A DNA stretch of 64,000 nt from an uncultured Chthonomonadaceae bacterium (GCA_963835065.1 CAWIEK010000015.1:87053-151052); one strand, 5' to 3'. Positions 52,944 through 63,797 are shown, counted from the first letter of the stretch. The notes: generated by a model from the sequence alone, not told the origin. Numbers and translations are program-made.

Positions 52944-54104
52944 TTATTTGCCATTTAATCGCGTGACGATTTGGGTCAGGATTTCGGCGGTGTGTTCCAG
53001 TTCGGCTTGAGTGGTTCCTCTGCCTAATGTGAAGCGAATGCCGCTGGACGCGAGTTCGTCGGAGAGGCCGATGGCTTTGAGGACGTGGGATGGCTCGATG
53101 CTGCCGGACGAGCAGGCGGAACCGCTGGACGCGGCCACGCCCTTGCGGTCAAGGTTCATCAGCAGAGTGGGGCCTTCCACGCCGGGAACGGAAACGTTGA
53201 CGTTGTTGGGCAGGCGCAGGGTGGCGTGTCCATTGAGGCGTATGGTGGGGAGAGAGTGTTGCAGGCGCTGGAAGAAGCCGTCGCGCAATTGGGTTAAGCG
53301 CTGCGCTTCCTGTTCGCGGGTTTCCATGACTAACTGCGCTGCGCGTCCAAAGCCTGCGATGGCGGCGACGTTTTCCGTGCCCGCGCGCTTTTCCCGCTCC
53401 TGTGCGCCGCCGTGCAGGATGGGCGCAACCTTCGTGCCTTGCCGGATGTACAACGCGCCGACACCTTTTGGCCCGTACATTTTGTGGGCGCACAGCGTCA
53501 GCAGGTCGCAGCCGAGTTCCTTCACGTTCAGGGGCATCAGTCCCGCCGTTTGTACCGCATCGGTATGGAAAATCGCGCCGCGCTCGTGAACAAGGGAAGC
53601 GGTTTCCTGTATCGGCTGCACGGTTCCAATCTCATTATTGGCATGCATCACAGAGACAAGCGCGGTTTTGTCCGTGATGGAGTCCGCAATGGCCTGGGGT
53701 GAAACCAAACCGTTCGCGTCAACCCCGACAACTGACACTTCATAGCCATGCGTTTGCAGAAAGTGCGCGGCGTGAAGCACGGCATGATGTTCAATAGCGG
53801 TGGTAACAAGGTGGTTTTTGCCGGGTGGCGCCGCGTACAGGCTTCCAATCAAGGCCAGATTGTCGGCCTCGGTTCCGCTTCCGGTGAAATAAATCTCGCT
53901 ATAATCCGCGCCGATGAGCAGGGCAATCGCTTCCCGCGCCTCGTCTACGGCTGCCCGCGCATCTCGCCCGAAGCGGTGTATGCTGCTGGCATTACCATAC
54001 GCCCCCGGCCCGGTCAGGTACGGCAGCATAGCCTCAAAAACCATCGGATCAAGCGGCGTCGTAGCGGCATGATCCAGATAAATAGAAGTTTCGGTTACGT
54101 TCAT
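52944..54104 (-). CDS. iscS: cysteine desulfurase (IscS/NifS family)
   Basis: YLDHAATTP, ANNEIG, HTDAVQ, AHKMYGPKG, SSGSACSS. Confidence 0.92.
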   Translation of the reverse strand: MNVTETSIYLDHAATTPLDPMVFEAMLPYLTGPGAYGNASSIHRFGRDARAAVDEAREAIALLIGADYSEIYFTGSGTEADNLALIGSLYAAPPGKNHLVTTAIEHHAVLHAAHFLQTHGYEVSVVGVDANGLVSPQAIADSITDKTALVSVMHANNEIGTVQPIQETASLVHERGAIFHTDAVQTAGLMPLNVKELGCDLLTLCAHKMYGPKGVGALYIRQGTKVAPILHGGAQEREKRAGTENVAAIAGFGRAAQLVMETREQEAQRLTQLRDGFFQRLQHSLPTIRLNGHATLRLPNNVNVSVPGVEGPTLLMNLDRKGVAASSGSACSSGSIEPSHVLKAIGLSDELASSGIRFTLGRGTTQAELEHTAEILTQIVTRLNGK

Positions 54105-54124
54105 GGGAATAGTATACTGCATGG

Positions 54125-54184
54125 AGCGTTGAGCGTTGAGCATTAAGAGGAGGAGATTCGATTTAATGCTCAACGCTCAACGCT
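54125..54184. repeat. tandem-heptamer inverted repeat (AGCGTTG)n ... (CAACGCT)n
   Basis: 22-bp perfect arms; overlaps the pgeF stop. Confidence 0.85.
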
Positions 54185-55360
54185 TAACCCTATAAATGCT
54201 CCCATGCGTCCGCAGCCGGGAACGAGGCGGTGGCTGAAGAACAAGTTGGTGTGACGATTAGTGCGGTACTGGCAGATGTCGAAGTTGGCAGCGCAGATGT
54301 TTGCCTGTTGCAACTGGTGGCAGACGGCGGCATACAGGTCAAGTTGCCAGTGACCGGGGCGCGTGGGAGTGAACACGCCTACCGCCTGCCGATCTTCGAG
54401 CATAAAGCCATTGTAGACTGTTTTATCCACTTCGTAGCCGTCTGACCCAATGCCGGGGCCAATCGAAATCAGGCAGTCGTTTGGCTGTGTGCCGAAATGT
54501 CGCCCCATGACTTCCAGAGTGCGAACGGCAATATGCCCCGCCGTGCCGCGCCAGCCGGAATGGGCAAGGCCAATGGCTTTGTGAACGGGATCAAGGAAGA
54601 AGACGGGCAGGCAATCGGCAATGGTAATGCCGAGCAGCAAACCGGGCGTGTTTGTCACCAATGCATCACAATCGGGGATAGCGGTATCAGGAGAAAGCGC
54701 TCCTTTTCCTGCGTCGTCTGCGTCAACAACGGCAACATTCGCGCCATGCGTCTGCGCAGGCATAATAAGCTGCTCAGGCGTAAACAGTAAGACACGGCAG
54801 GCAGCATCACGATTGCGGCGAACATTCTCCCAATCCTGTGTCACGCTGAAGGACAAATTGGCTTCGCCCTTATCACTGGCGCGCAATGTGACGCTTTGCC
54901 GGACCGAGTAACTCCGCCAAGTGCGGGAACTCGCATAAGCAAATGGGCGTGAAACGGACAACTGCCACGTCATAAGTTGTTTTGGGATAATGTTGCCCGA
55001 TTTTGCTGTGGTCAGCCAATGCTGGAGCAGTGTTCGCAAGCCTTCTTCAAGCAACGCGCCAATCACCGTGTCTACCCAAACGCCATCAATGTAGCAAACC
55101 AGAGTGGGGATGTTGAGAAGGTCATGCTGAACGCAAAATTGGCGATTGATTTCCTCATCAATGTCGAGAGCATAAAAGCCCATGTCATCGGTAAATTCAG
55201 GCTTTAGGGCTTGAATACGCGCATCGAAAGGTAGATCAACACCGTTCCAGACGGCTCCGCAATGGATAATAACAATACGGTGTTCTGCGAACAGTTCCGG
55301 CAATTCGGCAGGCGTTATCAACTGGCTTTGTGGTTCCCACCTTTTTGTTGCGCTTTTCAT
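54170..55360 (-). CDS. pgeF: thioredoxin-like domain in frame with PgeF/YfiH (PgeF part probably starts at 54973)
   Basis: QTHG, DALVT, IADCLP, HSGWRG, IGPGI, FFSHR; N-terminal Trx fold with NIPTL. Confidence 0.8.
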   Translation of the reverse strand: MKSATKRWEPQSQLITPAELPELFAEHRIVIIHCGAVWNGVDLPFDARIQALKPEFTDDMGFYALDIDEEINRQFCVQHDLLNIPTLVCYIDGVWVDTVIGALLEEGLRTLLQHWLTTAKSGNIIPKQLMTWQLSVSRPFAYASSRTWRSYSVRQSVTLRASDKGEANLSFSVTQDWENVRRNRDAACRVLLFTPEQLIMPAQTHGANVAVVDADDAGKGALSPDTAIPDCDALVTNTPGLLLGITIADCLPVFFLDPVHKAIGLAHSGWRGTAGHIAVRTLEVMGRHFGTQPNDCLISIGPGIGSDGYEVDKTVYNGFMLEDRQAVGVFTPTRPGHWQLDLYAAVCHQLQQANICAANFDICQYRTNRHTNLFFSHRLVPGCGRMGAFIGLSVER

Positions 55361-55370
55361 AATTCCTGCC

Positions 55371-55405
55371 AAAAAGACAAGAGGAGGAATTAATCCTCCT
55401 CTTGT
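55371..55405 (-). terminator. intrinsic terminator after the antitoxin
   Basis: ACAAGAGGAGGA/TCCTCCTCTTGT stem plus U-tract on the minus strand. Confidence 0.7.
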
Positions 55406-55415
55406 TCGTTACAAC

Positions 55416-55706
55416 TTAACGCTGTATGCCATACTTCTGCCGCATCTCTAAATCGAATTCTGCAAAGGGACGTGTGCGTCCCGCTTCAACATCCTGCAAG
55501 CCGCGCTTGATGCCTTCAATGGCTTCAGCTCGGTCTACGGCTTCCAGCAATTTCTGGTAACTTTGCGCATCCTGAACGACAAGTTCCGCTTTGCCGTCTA
55601 TCGTCAGCACAATGGGATGCCCCGAATGTTTCAGGGCGCGGAAAAAGTCTGTCGCATTAGATTTGAAATCCGACAAAGATCGTATGTCATAAATTTTACT
55701 TATCAT
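55416..55706 (-). CDS. Phd/YefM family antitoxin
   Basis: DIRSLSDFK, PIVLTIDGKAELVVQD, GIKRGLQDVEAGR. Confidence 0.85.
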   Translation of the reverse strand: MISKIYDIRSLSDFKSNATDFFRALKHSGHPIVLTIDGKAELVVQDAQSYQKLLEAVDRAEAIEGIKRGLQDVEAGRTRPFAEFDLEMRQKYGIQR

Positions 55707-55872
55707 AATTGTGCCTCCACATTGAAAGTTTATGGTATGGTAACAGATTTTGCTAAGGCTCCTGCTTCCTGTCCCCTGAATCTGATCCCTGCTGTTTCGC
55801 CTCGAAAGCAAACCTGCAGCCAGCAGTCACGGGAACTTGATGCGAAGGCAATCATGAGAAGATGCAGAAAAT

Positions 55873-55977
55873 CTACGGCTTCTTGCGGCGCACCGGGTTC
55901 GATTTGAAATAGGTGGCAAAGGCCATCAGCGCAAAGCCTGTTAGAAGCCCCAAGACCGTTTCAATAGCGCTATTCAT
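55873..55977 (-). CDS. 34-aa single-TM small protein (not in the ORF track)
   Basis: MNSAIETVLGLLTGFALMAFATYFKSNPVRRKKP; GAGGAG RBS; overlaps the upstream ORF stop. Confidence 0.5.
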   Translation of the reverse strand: MNSAIETVLGLLTGFALMAFATYFKSNPVRRKKP

Positions 55978-56110
55978 CGTCTTTCTCCTCGCCCGCTTCG
56001 CCCGCTTGCTCGTTTCCTGATTTATCTCGTTTAAGGTACTGAGTGACTATCTTGGGCGCAATCAAATACAATCCCGCCGCGATAATCAAACCTCCCAATG
56101 CATTGACGCA
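55970..56110 (-). CDS. 3' part of a small membrane protein, truncated at the probable junction
   Basis: VNALGGLIIAAGLYLIAPK...; the upstream reading is not protein-like. Confidence 0.45.
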   Translation of the reverse strand, partial: CVNALGGLIIAAGLYLIAPKIVTQYLKRDKSGNEQAGEAGEEKDDE

Positions 56111-56254
56111 CAAAGAGGGGGACTGAGCGGGGCATCCTGAGGCACAGGCTGGCACTGAAGGTGGCGTCAAGGGGGTCCGCAGGTGGCGGTCCAAGAGAGT
56201 TCTGGCACTAAAAGGCACAGACCCGGCGTCGTGTGACACCGGGTCGTTTCAAGA

Positions 56255-56326
56255 AGCGGGTGAAGGGGGTCGAACCCTCGACATTCACGTTGGCAACGTG
56301 ACGCTCTACCACTGAGCTACACCCGC
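56255..56326 (-). tRNA. tRNA-Gly(GCC)
   Basis: GCGGGTG acceptor, TAGCTCAGTGGTAGAGC D-arm, TCACG-TTGCCAA-CGTGA anticodon arm, GGTTCGAC T-loop; hairpin at 56220-56246 downstream. Confidence 0.95.
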
Positions 56327-56633
56327 GGAAATCGATTTGTCTGAAGGGAAATGTATCCCACCCCGGCCGGGAATTCAAGGGGAGGCAGGGGATTCTTTCA
56401 ACAGTGCCCCGGCCGATAGTTGCGATTGGCTGGCGGCCTCGGGATTCATGGTTCCCGGCCGCGGCAATTTGGGCGGGAACCGCAACCGGGGCGGGGGACG
56501 GCGGCCCCGCGGCGGGTCAATGTACGTCAGACGCTTGCAGTAAAGGAACTTCCGCCTTCCCTGGCGTCACGATCAGGACGCGTCCCCTCGTGGTTGGTAT
56601 GGATACCTGCCCAACCGGGGCGACGGGTTGCTC

Positions 56634-57429
56634 TTACAGCCCGACCGTATTGAACCCCGCGTCCACGTAGAGGTTCTCGCCGGTGACGCCGCTGGAGAGG
56701 TCGCTGAGGAGGTAGACGGCGGTCTTGCCGACTTCGTCGCCGTCGATGTTGCGGTGGAGGGGGGCCTTGTTCTCCATGTGGGCGAACATCTCGTCGATGC
56801 CGCCGACGGCCATGGCCGAGAGCGTCTTGACGGGGCCGGCGGAGATGGTGTTGACGCGGATGTTCTTCCGGCCGAGGTCGAAGGCGAGGTAGCGGGCGGT
56901 GGATTCCAGGGCGGCCTTGGCGACGCCCATGACGTTGTAGCCGGGGACGACCTTCTCGCTGCCGAGGTAGGTCAGGGCGATGACCGACCCGCCTTCGGGC
57001 ATCAGGGGCAGCGGCGGCGCGGGTCAGGGCGATCAGGCTGTAGGCGCTGATGTCCAGGGCCTGCTTGAAGACGTCGCGCGGCGTGGATGTGAAGACGCCT
57101 TCGTCCTTCTTCAGGTAAGTGCGGTCGGCGAAGGCGAGGCTGTGGACGAGGAAGTCGATCGTGCCGAACTGCTCCCTGGCGCCGGCGAAGAACTTCTCGA
57201 TCGATTCGTCGTGCGAGACGTCGCAGGGGTGAAGCCAGGCGTCGGCGAAGCCGTTCTCCTCCATCGCCTTGCGGACGCGGCGTTGGGATTTCTCGGGATT
57301 GTCCATCGGCAGGAAGCCGAAGCCGCAGTTCGCGCCTTGCTTGATGGCGTGGCTCGCGATGTGCGTCGCGATGCTGCGGTCGTTGGCGATGTTGAGGATC
57401 AGTCCTTTTTTCCCGTCGAGCAGGCCCAT
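56634..57429 (-). CDS. fabI: enoyl-ACP reductase (frameshift near 57010)
   Basis: IANDRSIA, VHSLAFA, DISAYSL, YNVMGVAKAALE, ISAGPVKT. Confidence 0.93.
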
Positions 57430-57521
57430 GAGTTCTCCTGGTAGTTGGCAGTTACTTTAGTGGCGAGCGGGGCGGCGGACAAGGCTCGCCCGCCGCCACC
57501 GCCGAAGCGGACTCAGCGTTG

Positions 57522-58330
57522 TCACTTCTTCCTTGCCTTGGCCTCTTGGAACAAGTTGGGGATGTCCTTCCACTTCCCACATGCCGCTTCTTCAGTGAAG
57601 ATCATTCCCTCGTGCACCACATCGTTGGAGTTCTTGAGGTGCATCCAAGTCATGACCACTGCCTGCGGGTGCCTGATCCGGTATCGGTGGTGTAGTCGAT
57701 GTGGCCGTTCCACTCCATCGAGCGAACGGCGGAGCGATTGACTTGCGACCAGACCTCGATAAACCGCTCCTCGCTGACGCGGGACCTGAATCTGTCGCTG
57801 AACATCCGGTAGGCATTATGGTAGTGGCGGTCGACCTGGATCATGCGGTCTGTGGGCCCCAAGTCGGTTGAGTAGTCGGTTCCGGAGTGGCCGTGCCGGC
57901 CTCGGCAATTTCTTTTCCCAGCTTCTGGATGATCGTGCAGATCGTACGCGTTTCCGGCGCGTAGGTAATGGCGGTCACAGCGTCGGCAGCGAGCGTGCCT
58001 CCGCCGATGAGCAGCGCCAGGGCGATGCCCGTGGCCGCCAGGCCTTTTCCTTTCTGGGCGCCGTTGCTGCACTGGATTCGCTCCAGGCCATCAGAGCGGT
58101 GACGACGGCCGCCAATGGGATGATTTGCAGCAAGGCATAGCCGAGGAGGGGCACGAACACACTGAAAAACCCCAGGATCACAGAGGCGATGGCGAGCGTG
58201 TTGATGGCGACGTAATCGCCGCTGCCGACGCCGGCCGTGGTGGACATCTTGGTAAGCCGGGAAAATGCGTCGTCCTGTTCGGCTGGAAGGGGGCCAGAAG
58301 AGGTTTGCGGTCGTAGGTTGGGCATCGTTG
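57522..58330 (-). CDS. membrane hypothetical protein (DUF4190-like N-terminus), multiply frameshifted
   Basis: DYVAINTLAIASVILG plus TM helices; fragments across frames. Confidence 0.5.
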
Positions 58331-58589
58331 ATGTTCCGCCGCCGTCAAGGCACCGGCAAGCCAAGGGCGGGCTCGAGGGGCCTCGAAATTTTTTCTGAGG
58401 TTATCGGATCAAGCCGATGGTGCCGCCGTGCAAAGACATTATCGCTCATCCGGCCACGGGCTCAAGCGATCGGCCCGGACGTCCGATCACAACTTTCGTA
58501 GTTGCTGGCGTCCGGCGATCCGCCGCACCGCCAGCAGCATCGGTTTCGCTCCGTTCCCGCTCTTTGGAACCAGTCAACGAAAAGGTGCC

Positions 58590-58775
58590 ATGAACAAACG
58601 TCAACTCATCGAGGAAATTCGGAAGCACAACATTACCGCCCAGGCCGGTTTCCTCGCCCAGTTCGACGAGGATGCGCTTCGGCAATATCTCGAGCACCTC
58701 GAAGAAGCCTGCAAGCAGCGCATCCGCTTCAACATGTCCCTTTATGTTGACGCCGACTTGCGCATGGTGAGCTGA
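58590..58775 (+). CDS. small hypothetical protein
   Basis: MNKRQLIEEIRKHNITAQAGFLAQFDEDALRQYLEHL; AAAGG RBS. Confidence 0.7.
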   Translation: MNKRQLIEEIRKHNITAQAGFLAQFDEDALRQYLEHLEEACKQRIRFNMSLYVDADLRMVS

Positions 58776-58817
58776 ATCAGTGGACTCTCACCGCTTGCCC
58801 GAGTAACGTCGATTTGG

Positions 58818-59788
58818 ATGATCGTTCTGGGCATCACCGATCACGTGGAGGGCCCGCGTGATTGGCCATCGGGCGAGATTTACGCGGAGGTGGCGGCCCA
58901 GACCGAACTGGCCGACGGGCTCGGTTTCGAATACGCCTGGTTCGCCGAGCATCACGCTCACGTGCACCAGGGCCACCTGCCGGTGCCTCTCCTGCTCGCC
59001 CTGCACCTGTGCGGGCGAACCCAGCGAATTCGCCTGGGCTCGGCGGTCATCTGCCAGAACCTCCATCACCCGCTGGCGGTCGGCGAGCAATGTGCCGTCG
59101 CGGACCTGCTCATGGGCGGGCGCAGCGCCTTCGGGTTCGGCAGCGGCAGCACGCCGGAAGAGTTCGGCCTTTTCGGACTCCAGGTTACGGAAGATACCGA
59201 GCGTCATCATGCATTCGAGGCCGCCATGGGGCAGGTCCTCTCCGGATGGCAGAGCAGGTCCGGCGTCACCCCCCTGCTGCCCCTGCCCGGGCCCGACCGG
59301 GGGTTCCGCTGCCGGGTGGCGGTGAACAGCGTGGCGGCGGCGGGAATCGCCGGCCGGCTGCGAATGAACATGCTCTTTTCACATTTGCGGACGCCGGAGC
59401 AGTACCGCCATATGTTGCCGCCTATCGCACCGCGGGCGGCGGCGGCCTGGTGGCGGCCAACCGTCCGGTTCACGTCGCCAAAGACGACGCGACGGCATTC
59501 GCTCGGATCGAGCCCGCCTTGAGGTCGCTATGGTGCCGCTTTCAAAGTGAAGGCAAAATTGCGGCCGGCCTGAGGGAGCCCTCACGCGTTTCGGAGCTTT
59601 GCCCACACCCCATCAACTTCATCGTCGTGCTGCCGGAACGGTCGCCCGGCAACTGCTGGAGTTGGCATGTACTGTGCGTCGACGATGTCGCGAACCTGGA
59701 AGTGCGCTGGCCGGGATTGAGTTGCGAAGCAACGCACGATTGTCTGGAACTGCTGGGGCGGGAGGTCAGGCCGCTGCTCGGGAAATAA
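58818..59788 (+). CDS. LLM class flavin-dependent oxidoreductase (frameshifted)
   Basis: ADGLGFEYAWFAEHH, TQRIRLGSAV, HPLAVGEQ. Confidence 0.85.
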
Positions 59789-59798
59789 TCACCGCGGG

Positions 59799-60386
59799 TC
59801 ACGGATCAATACCTGAAGGCGTTCGGCGAGCGGCGGGCGAAAGCCGATCACACCAACTGGCGTCGATGAGTCCGAGTTCCAACATGTCCAGAAGGTGTGT
59901 TCTTGGTCCTTGGTCCGAAAAGCCGTTAACTTGACTGCGCACTAAGGCCTCGAGACTAAGCACTCGAAAATCTTTGGCCTCTTGAGATTCGGAAACGTCG
60001 GGATTGGCGGCCGGTTCATCCGGGCGGACCATCTCCCCTGCGAAGATGATATGGACGTGCCGCGCGCGTCCGATGCGCCGTTGGCATCAAGGAAAAGATC
60101 GATCCCCGCTGAATGGCGGTACACAAACCCCGCCCTTTCAAGTGGGCGCTTGTGCACCCTGTCCAAGTCGGCACGACGGATCAGGATATCAACGTCTCGG
60201 GTGTTGTGCATGGCCCCCCTCATCAACCTGGGCCACCCACACCGCTACTGCGTTTCCGCCAGCAACGGCATAATCGATCCCCGCGACCCGCAAGGCGGCC
60301 GTGGCTTTCAGCAGCCTTTCGTGATCTTTTCCCACGGCACGTACCATCCTGTCCAGTGTGTCATCGCGCAGGTGAGTGGTTGCCAT
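59799..60386 (-). CDS. nucleotidyltransferase-like protein, multiply frameshifted
   Basis: YAVAGGNAV...TRDVDILI (GG...DxD motif); TGnTATGCT 6 nt before the ATG. Confidence 0.65.
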
Positions 60387-60496
60387 GGCCAAAGCATAAC
60401 ACGCGTCCGCGTAGTTGATCACCATAAGTGGATCAAGCGCTTTGCGACGATTTGCTCATGAAACTGCGGTTCAAGTTGTCGGGATTGCCAATACGC

Positions 60497-61900
60497 CTAC
60501 TCTGCACCGCCGGCACTTGCGGTCGGGGCTTTGGCGGCCATGCTCGGCGGGACAACTTCCGCGGCGACGCTGCCATTGACGGTTGCAGGGTCTACGGCCT
60601 CCGTCACGGTTGGGGTGATTACTTTCAGGTTGAGCTGCCCGTCAGGCGTGATATCGCCTTTGACGCCGATGAATTGCCCGAGCATCTCGGGGTACTTCGG
60701 GGTCGGCGGGTGCGGAAATAGACGATGGTTCGCCCGGTGGCCGGGTCCGTCAGACGATAGAGGATCGTTCGCAAATGCGGCCGGGCCATTGCCAACCTGC
60801 AGAGTGCTGGGACGGAGCATTCCGACGGCGGCATACAGGCGAACATCGATCTTCTTGATGGGCGCTGTTCGATTTCCGTTCCCTCGGCGACCTGGGCCTG
60901 CAGCTTGGATGCCTGCTCCGTCTGCTGCTTCTGGAAGGCGAGGAACTGCTCGCGGGCCTCGGCGCGGGCCTTGAGCGTGGCGGCGCGGGCATCGGCCATT
61001 TTGCGAGTTGGTTCGGGGACCGTGGACGAAGATGCAAGGCCCTGATAGCCCGCCAGCAATGCGTCGATCGGTTGGTCGGTCAGCGGCATGCCGCTGGCGG
61101 CGGAGAAATCCGCTTCCAGCTTTTGAAGCCGGGTGACCGTGTCCAAGCCGCTCGGACCGGTGGCCGGCACTTCCTCGGCAACCGTTTCCGAGGGGAGCGT
61201 TTGCGGCTGTTGGATTCGCGTCGGTCTGGTCACCTCGCGCTTCGGTCGGCGTGGGTGGTGGACTTCGGGGTTGTCGGATTCTACGGTCGTCAGGGGCCGT
61301 GGCGGGTCGGCCGGGCGTTCGCCGGACTTGGGCAGCACGCGCAGGGGGTTCACCTCGTCGGCCTTGATGTACAGGTAAGCCGACTTCGGGGGGCCGGATC
61401 TTAAAGTACTTGTTTTCCTCACCAAAAATCGTTACGTCCTGCCCCATATCCAGCTTGGTCTGGATGGCCCACTGCACTGCGGCTGGGCGGAACTCCCGCC
61501 CGGATGATCAGGGTGGGGGTGGTTACCTTGCCGTTTTTTCCGTCGCCAAACTTATTGACGAATGCTTTCTGCACCTATGAAAAGCTTCCTTCGGGCGGCT
61601 GGATCTTCAGCCAGTTCCCCTTCTTTGCCATCACGACAACGGTCGCGCCCTTTTCGATCTTCTGGGTCGGGTAAAAGGTGTCGCTTCGGGCCGCTGCGGA
61701 CGTAAGTGTTGTCGATGACCACGCCCTCGAAGCTATGCTTGGCGTTTTCGATTTCCGGTGCTGGGATTGGCCGCCTGGGCGCGGCAGAGGCTGTCGGCAG
61801 GGCCGACGTCGCGGCGATTGTCACCGGCAGCGAAGCTGCCAGCAACCAGGCGCGATGCCAACTGACGAAAACGTGGAGTACGAGAGGTATGCGAATACTC
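60497..61900 (-). CDS. SH3-like domain exported protein, multiply frameshifted
   Basis: TYVRSGP, WLKI.PP, YFKI.PP fragments; start uncertain. Confidence 0.55.
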
Positions 61901-62148
61901 GGTGGGAATGCTAGATGATTTGTGACCGACATCCATGACGGCACCTCCATGTGCAAGCCAGGGGAAGCTCTGCTATGCCGCATTTTCGCCCGTACGCTGC
62001 TCCTGGGTTTGGCTCCCGGGTGGCTCGGTCTGTCGACGACCTGCCTACACCATTCTGTCCCGTAAATTCGCCTCAAAAGACCCATTTGACTTCTTGTCAC
62101 AACCGATGGGCTGGTAGTGTTACCAAAAGCAATCTAAAAGTAAAGAAA

Positions 62149-62277
62149 ATGCGTCCAATAAATCATGGGAGGAGAAAGCTGCCCGATTTGCCCGACTCGT
62201 GGAAGACCGTTCTGGGCGACGAATTGCAAAGGCCCGATTTCGAAGCAGTCGAGCATTTTGTTGCAGAAGAACTGTGA
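62149..62277 (+). pseudogene. possible uracil-DNA glycosylase N-terminal fragment
   Basis: LPDSWKTVLGDELQRPDFEAVEHFVAEE resembles the UNG N-terminus; ends next to the IS end. Confidence 0.35.
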
Positions 62278-62283
62278 GAGGTG

Positions 62284-63030
62284 GAATGGTGTTCGGCCCA
62301 CGGGTTGCTACCGAGTTCGATTCGCGCCGATCGCGGCACACGCACGCCGCTTTCGCGGAGCAGAGCCGGCGGGGAAACGCCCGAGTTCTTCTGGGCGACT
62401 GAGGCTACCTAGGCGGGCAGCATGAAGGACGGCGTACCTTCAGGCGCACCGTTAGCTGACGGCCAGTTCTTCTTCTTTCTTCAACTTGGCGATGTGGTTC
62501 GCCAACTCATCTTCGCTCGCCCACCCCGCGAAATAGAGCCGAAGCATCTCGACGGTCCGCAGTGTCGGCTTGCGACCGGCCCAGAGCGTGATCAACATGC
62601 AGGCGATCATCGCCATGTAGACCTGTATCTGGATCCCGTTCTCCCGATGGCTGATCAGGTGCCGGCAGCCCAGGACATGCTTGAAGAACCTGAAGAAAAT
62701 CTCTACTCCCCAGCGGCAGCGATAGATTACGCGATGACTTCAGCCGGCAGGTCCAGTAGATCCGTGACGATGAGCAGGAACTTGCCTTGCTCGGGGCCAT
62801 GCCTGCCGTTGCGGATGCGTTTGCGGTGCGGCTTGCAGGCGATCTTGATCAGCCGCAGCGGCTGCTTGAGCTCCGCTCGCTTGCTGTCGCTCCCCAACTG
62901 CACGATCTCGTCGCTGATAACCTTGGCCGCCGTGGCTTCGGGGGTCAGCGCGTTGTTCGATCACTTCGTAAACGCTGTTGTCGCGGATGCGGCAGACCAG
63001 GTGCGACTTGACGTTAATAATGTCCTGGAA
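62284..63030 (-). mobile_element. IS4-family element, 3' part (truncated, frameshifted transposase)
   Basis: VCRIRDNSVYEV, DLLDLPAEVIA, IYRCRW..EIFFRFFKHVLGCRHL (YREK-type); possible terminal sequence GAATGGTGTTCGGC at 62284. Confidence 0.75.
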
Positions 63031-63109
63031 CAGGAAGCTGAAAAGGTGACATCCTTCATTTCTCGTAAGTCCGCCGTAATTTCTGACAGATGGAGGTCAC
63101 CCTTTCAGT

Positions 63110-63410
63110 TCTCGGCGTCCACGCGGTGCCGCCGTTGGTGCCGACGTCTTCGCTGGCGGTCGGGCGGTCCGCCGCGTCGAAGAAGTTTGCGGAGTAGCTC
63201 ACGCGAGCCGCCGGGCCGCCGGCGCCGGAGGGCGCCGAGAGCGCCGGTGGCGCTGAATCGCCGGGAAGCCGGTCGCTTTGAATCGCCTCGATGGCGTTGC
63301 CGTCGCCGTCGAGGACGGTTTTCGCCTGGCTCACCACGACGTCGTTGGCCACGCTGCTTGCGTCGGCATAGTCCGTCAAGGGCGTGCCGCCGTTGTCCGT
63401 CGGTATGAGT
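63110..63410 (-). pseudogene. RHS/YD-repeat protein fragment
   Basis: DVVVSQ...DGDGN, ARVSYSANFFDAADRPTASEDVGTNGG. Confidence 0.6.
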
Positions 63411-63797
63411 AGCTCGTCACACGCCACGATTAATCCGCGTTCTCATCTTCACTTGCCATCAGTCCTCCACGGCCCCGCGGCCGTCCGGGCTTTCAGTGTG
63501 TCTAATGCGCCGCGTACGCCGCGGCGACTATTGTGACAAATCCTGTGCATTGCGAGCAAACCATATGCTGGAAGTCCGAATTCCGTGGATCAAAGGTGGA
63601 TGTCACCTTTGCAGCGTCTGTCACCTTTGCAGCGTCCTTTGCACTACAGTGCTCCCGTTAAATCGGGTCCAGGTCTCCGGCTCCCGTGCCTCCGAAATAT
63701 GAAATCCCGTTATCCAGCCTCCCCTTATCTGGCCTCGCGGTCCTCCTTTTTATGCTGTGCGCTGTTCAGTCCGCCGCCGCTCCCGCATTCCGGGCAC

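Noticed and set aside
9428..54184. Repeats as CRISPR arrays
   Set aside because: Units are 7-9 bp, tandem and inverted, with no unique 30-40 bp spacer series and no cas genes.
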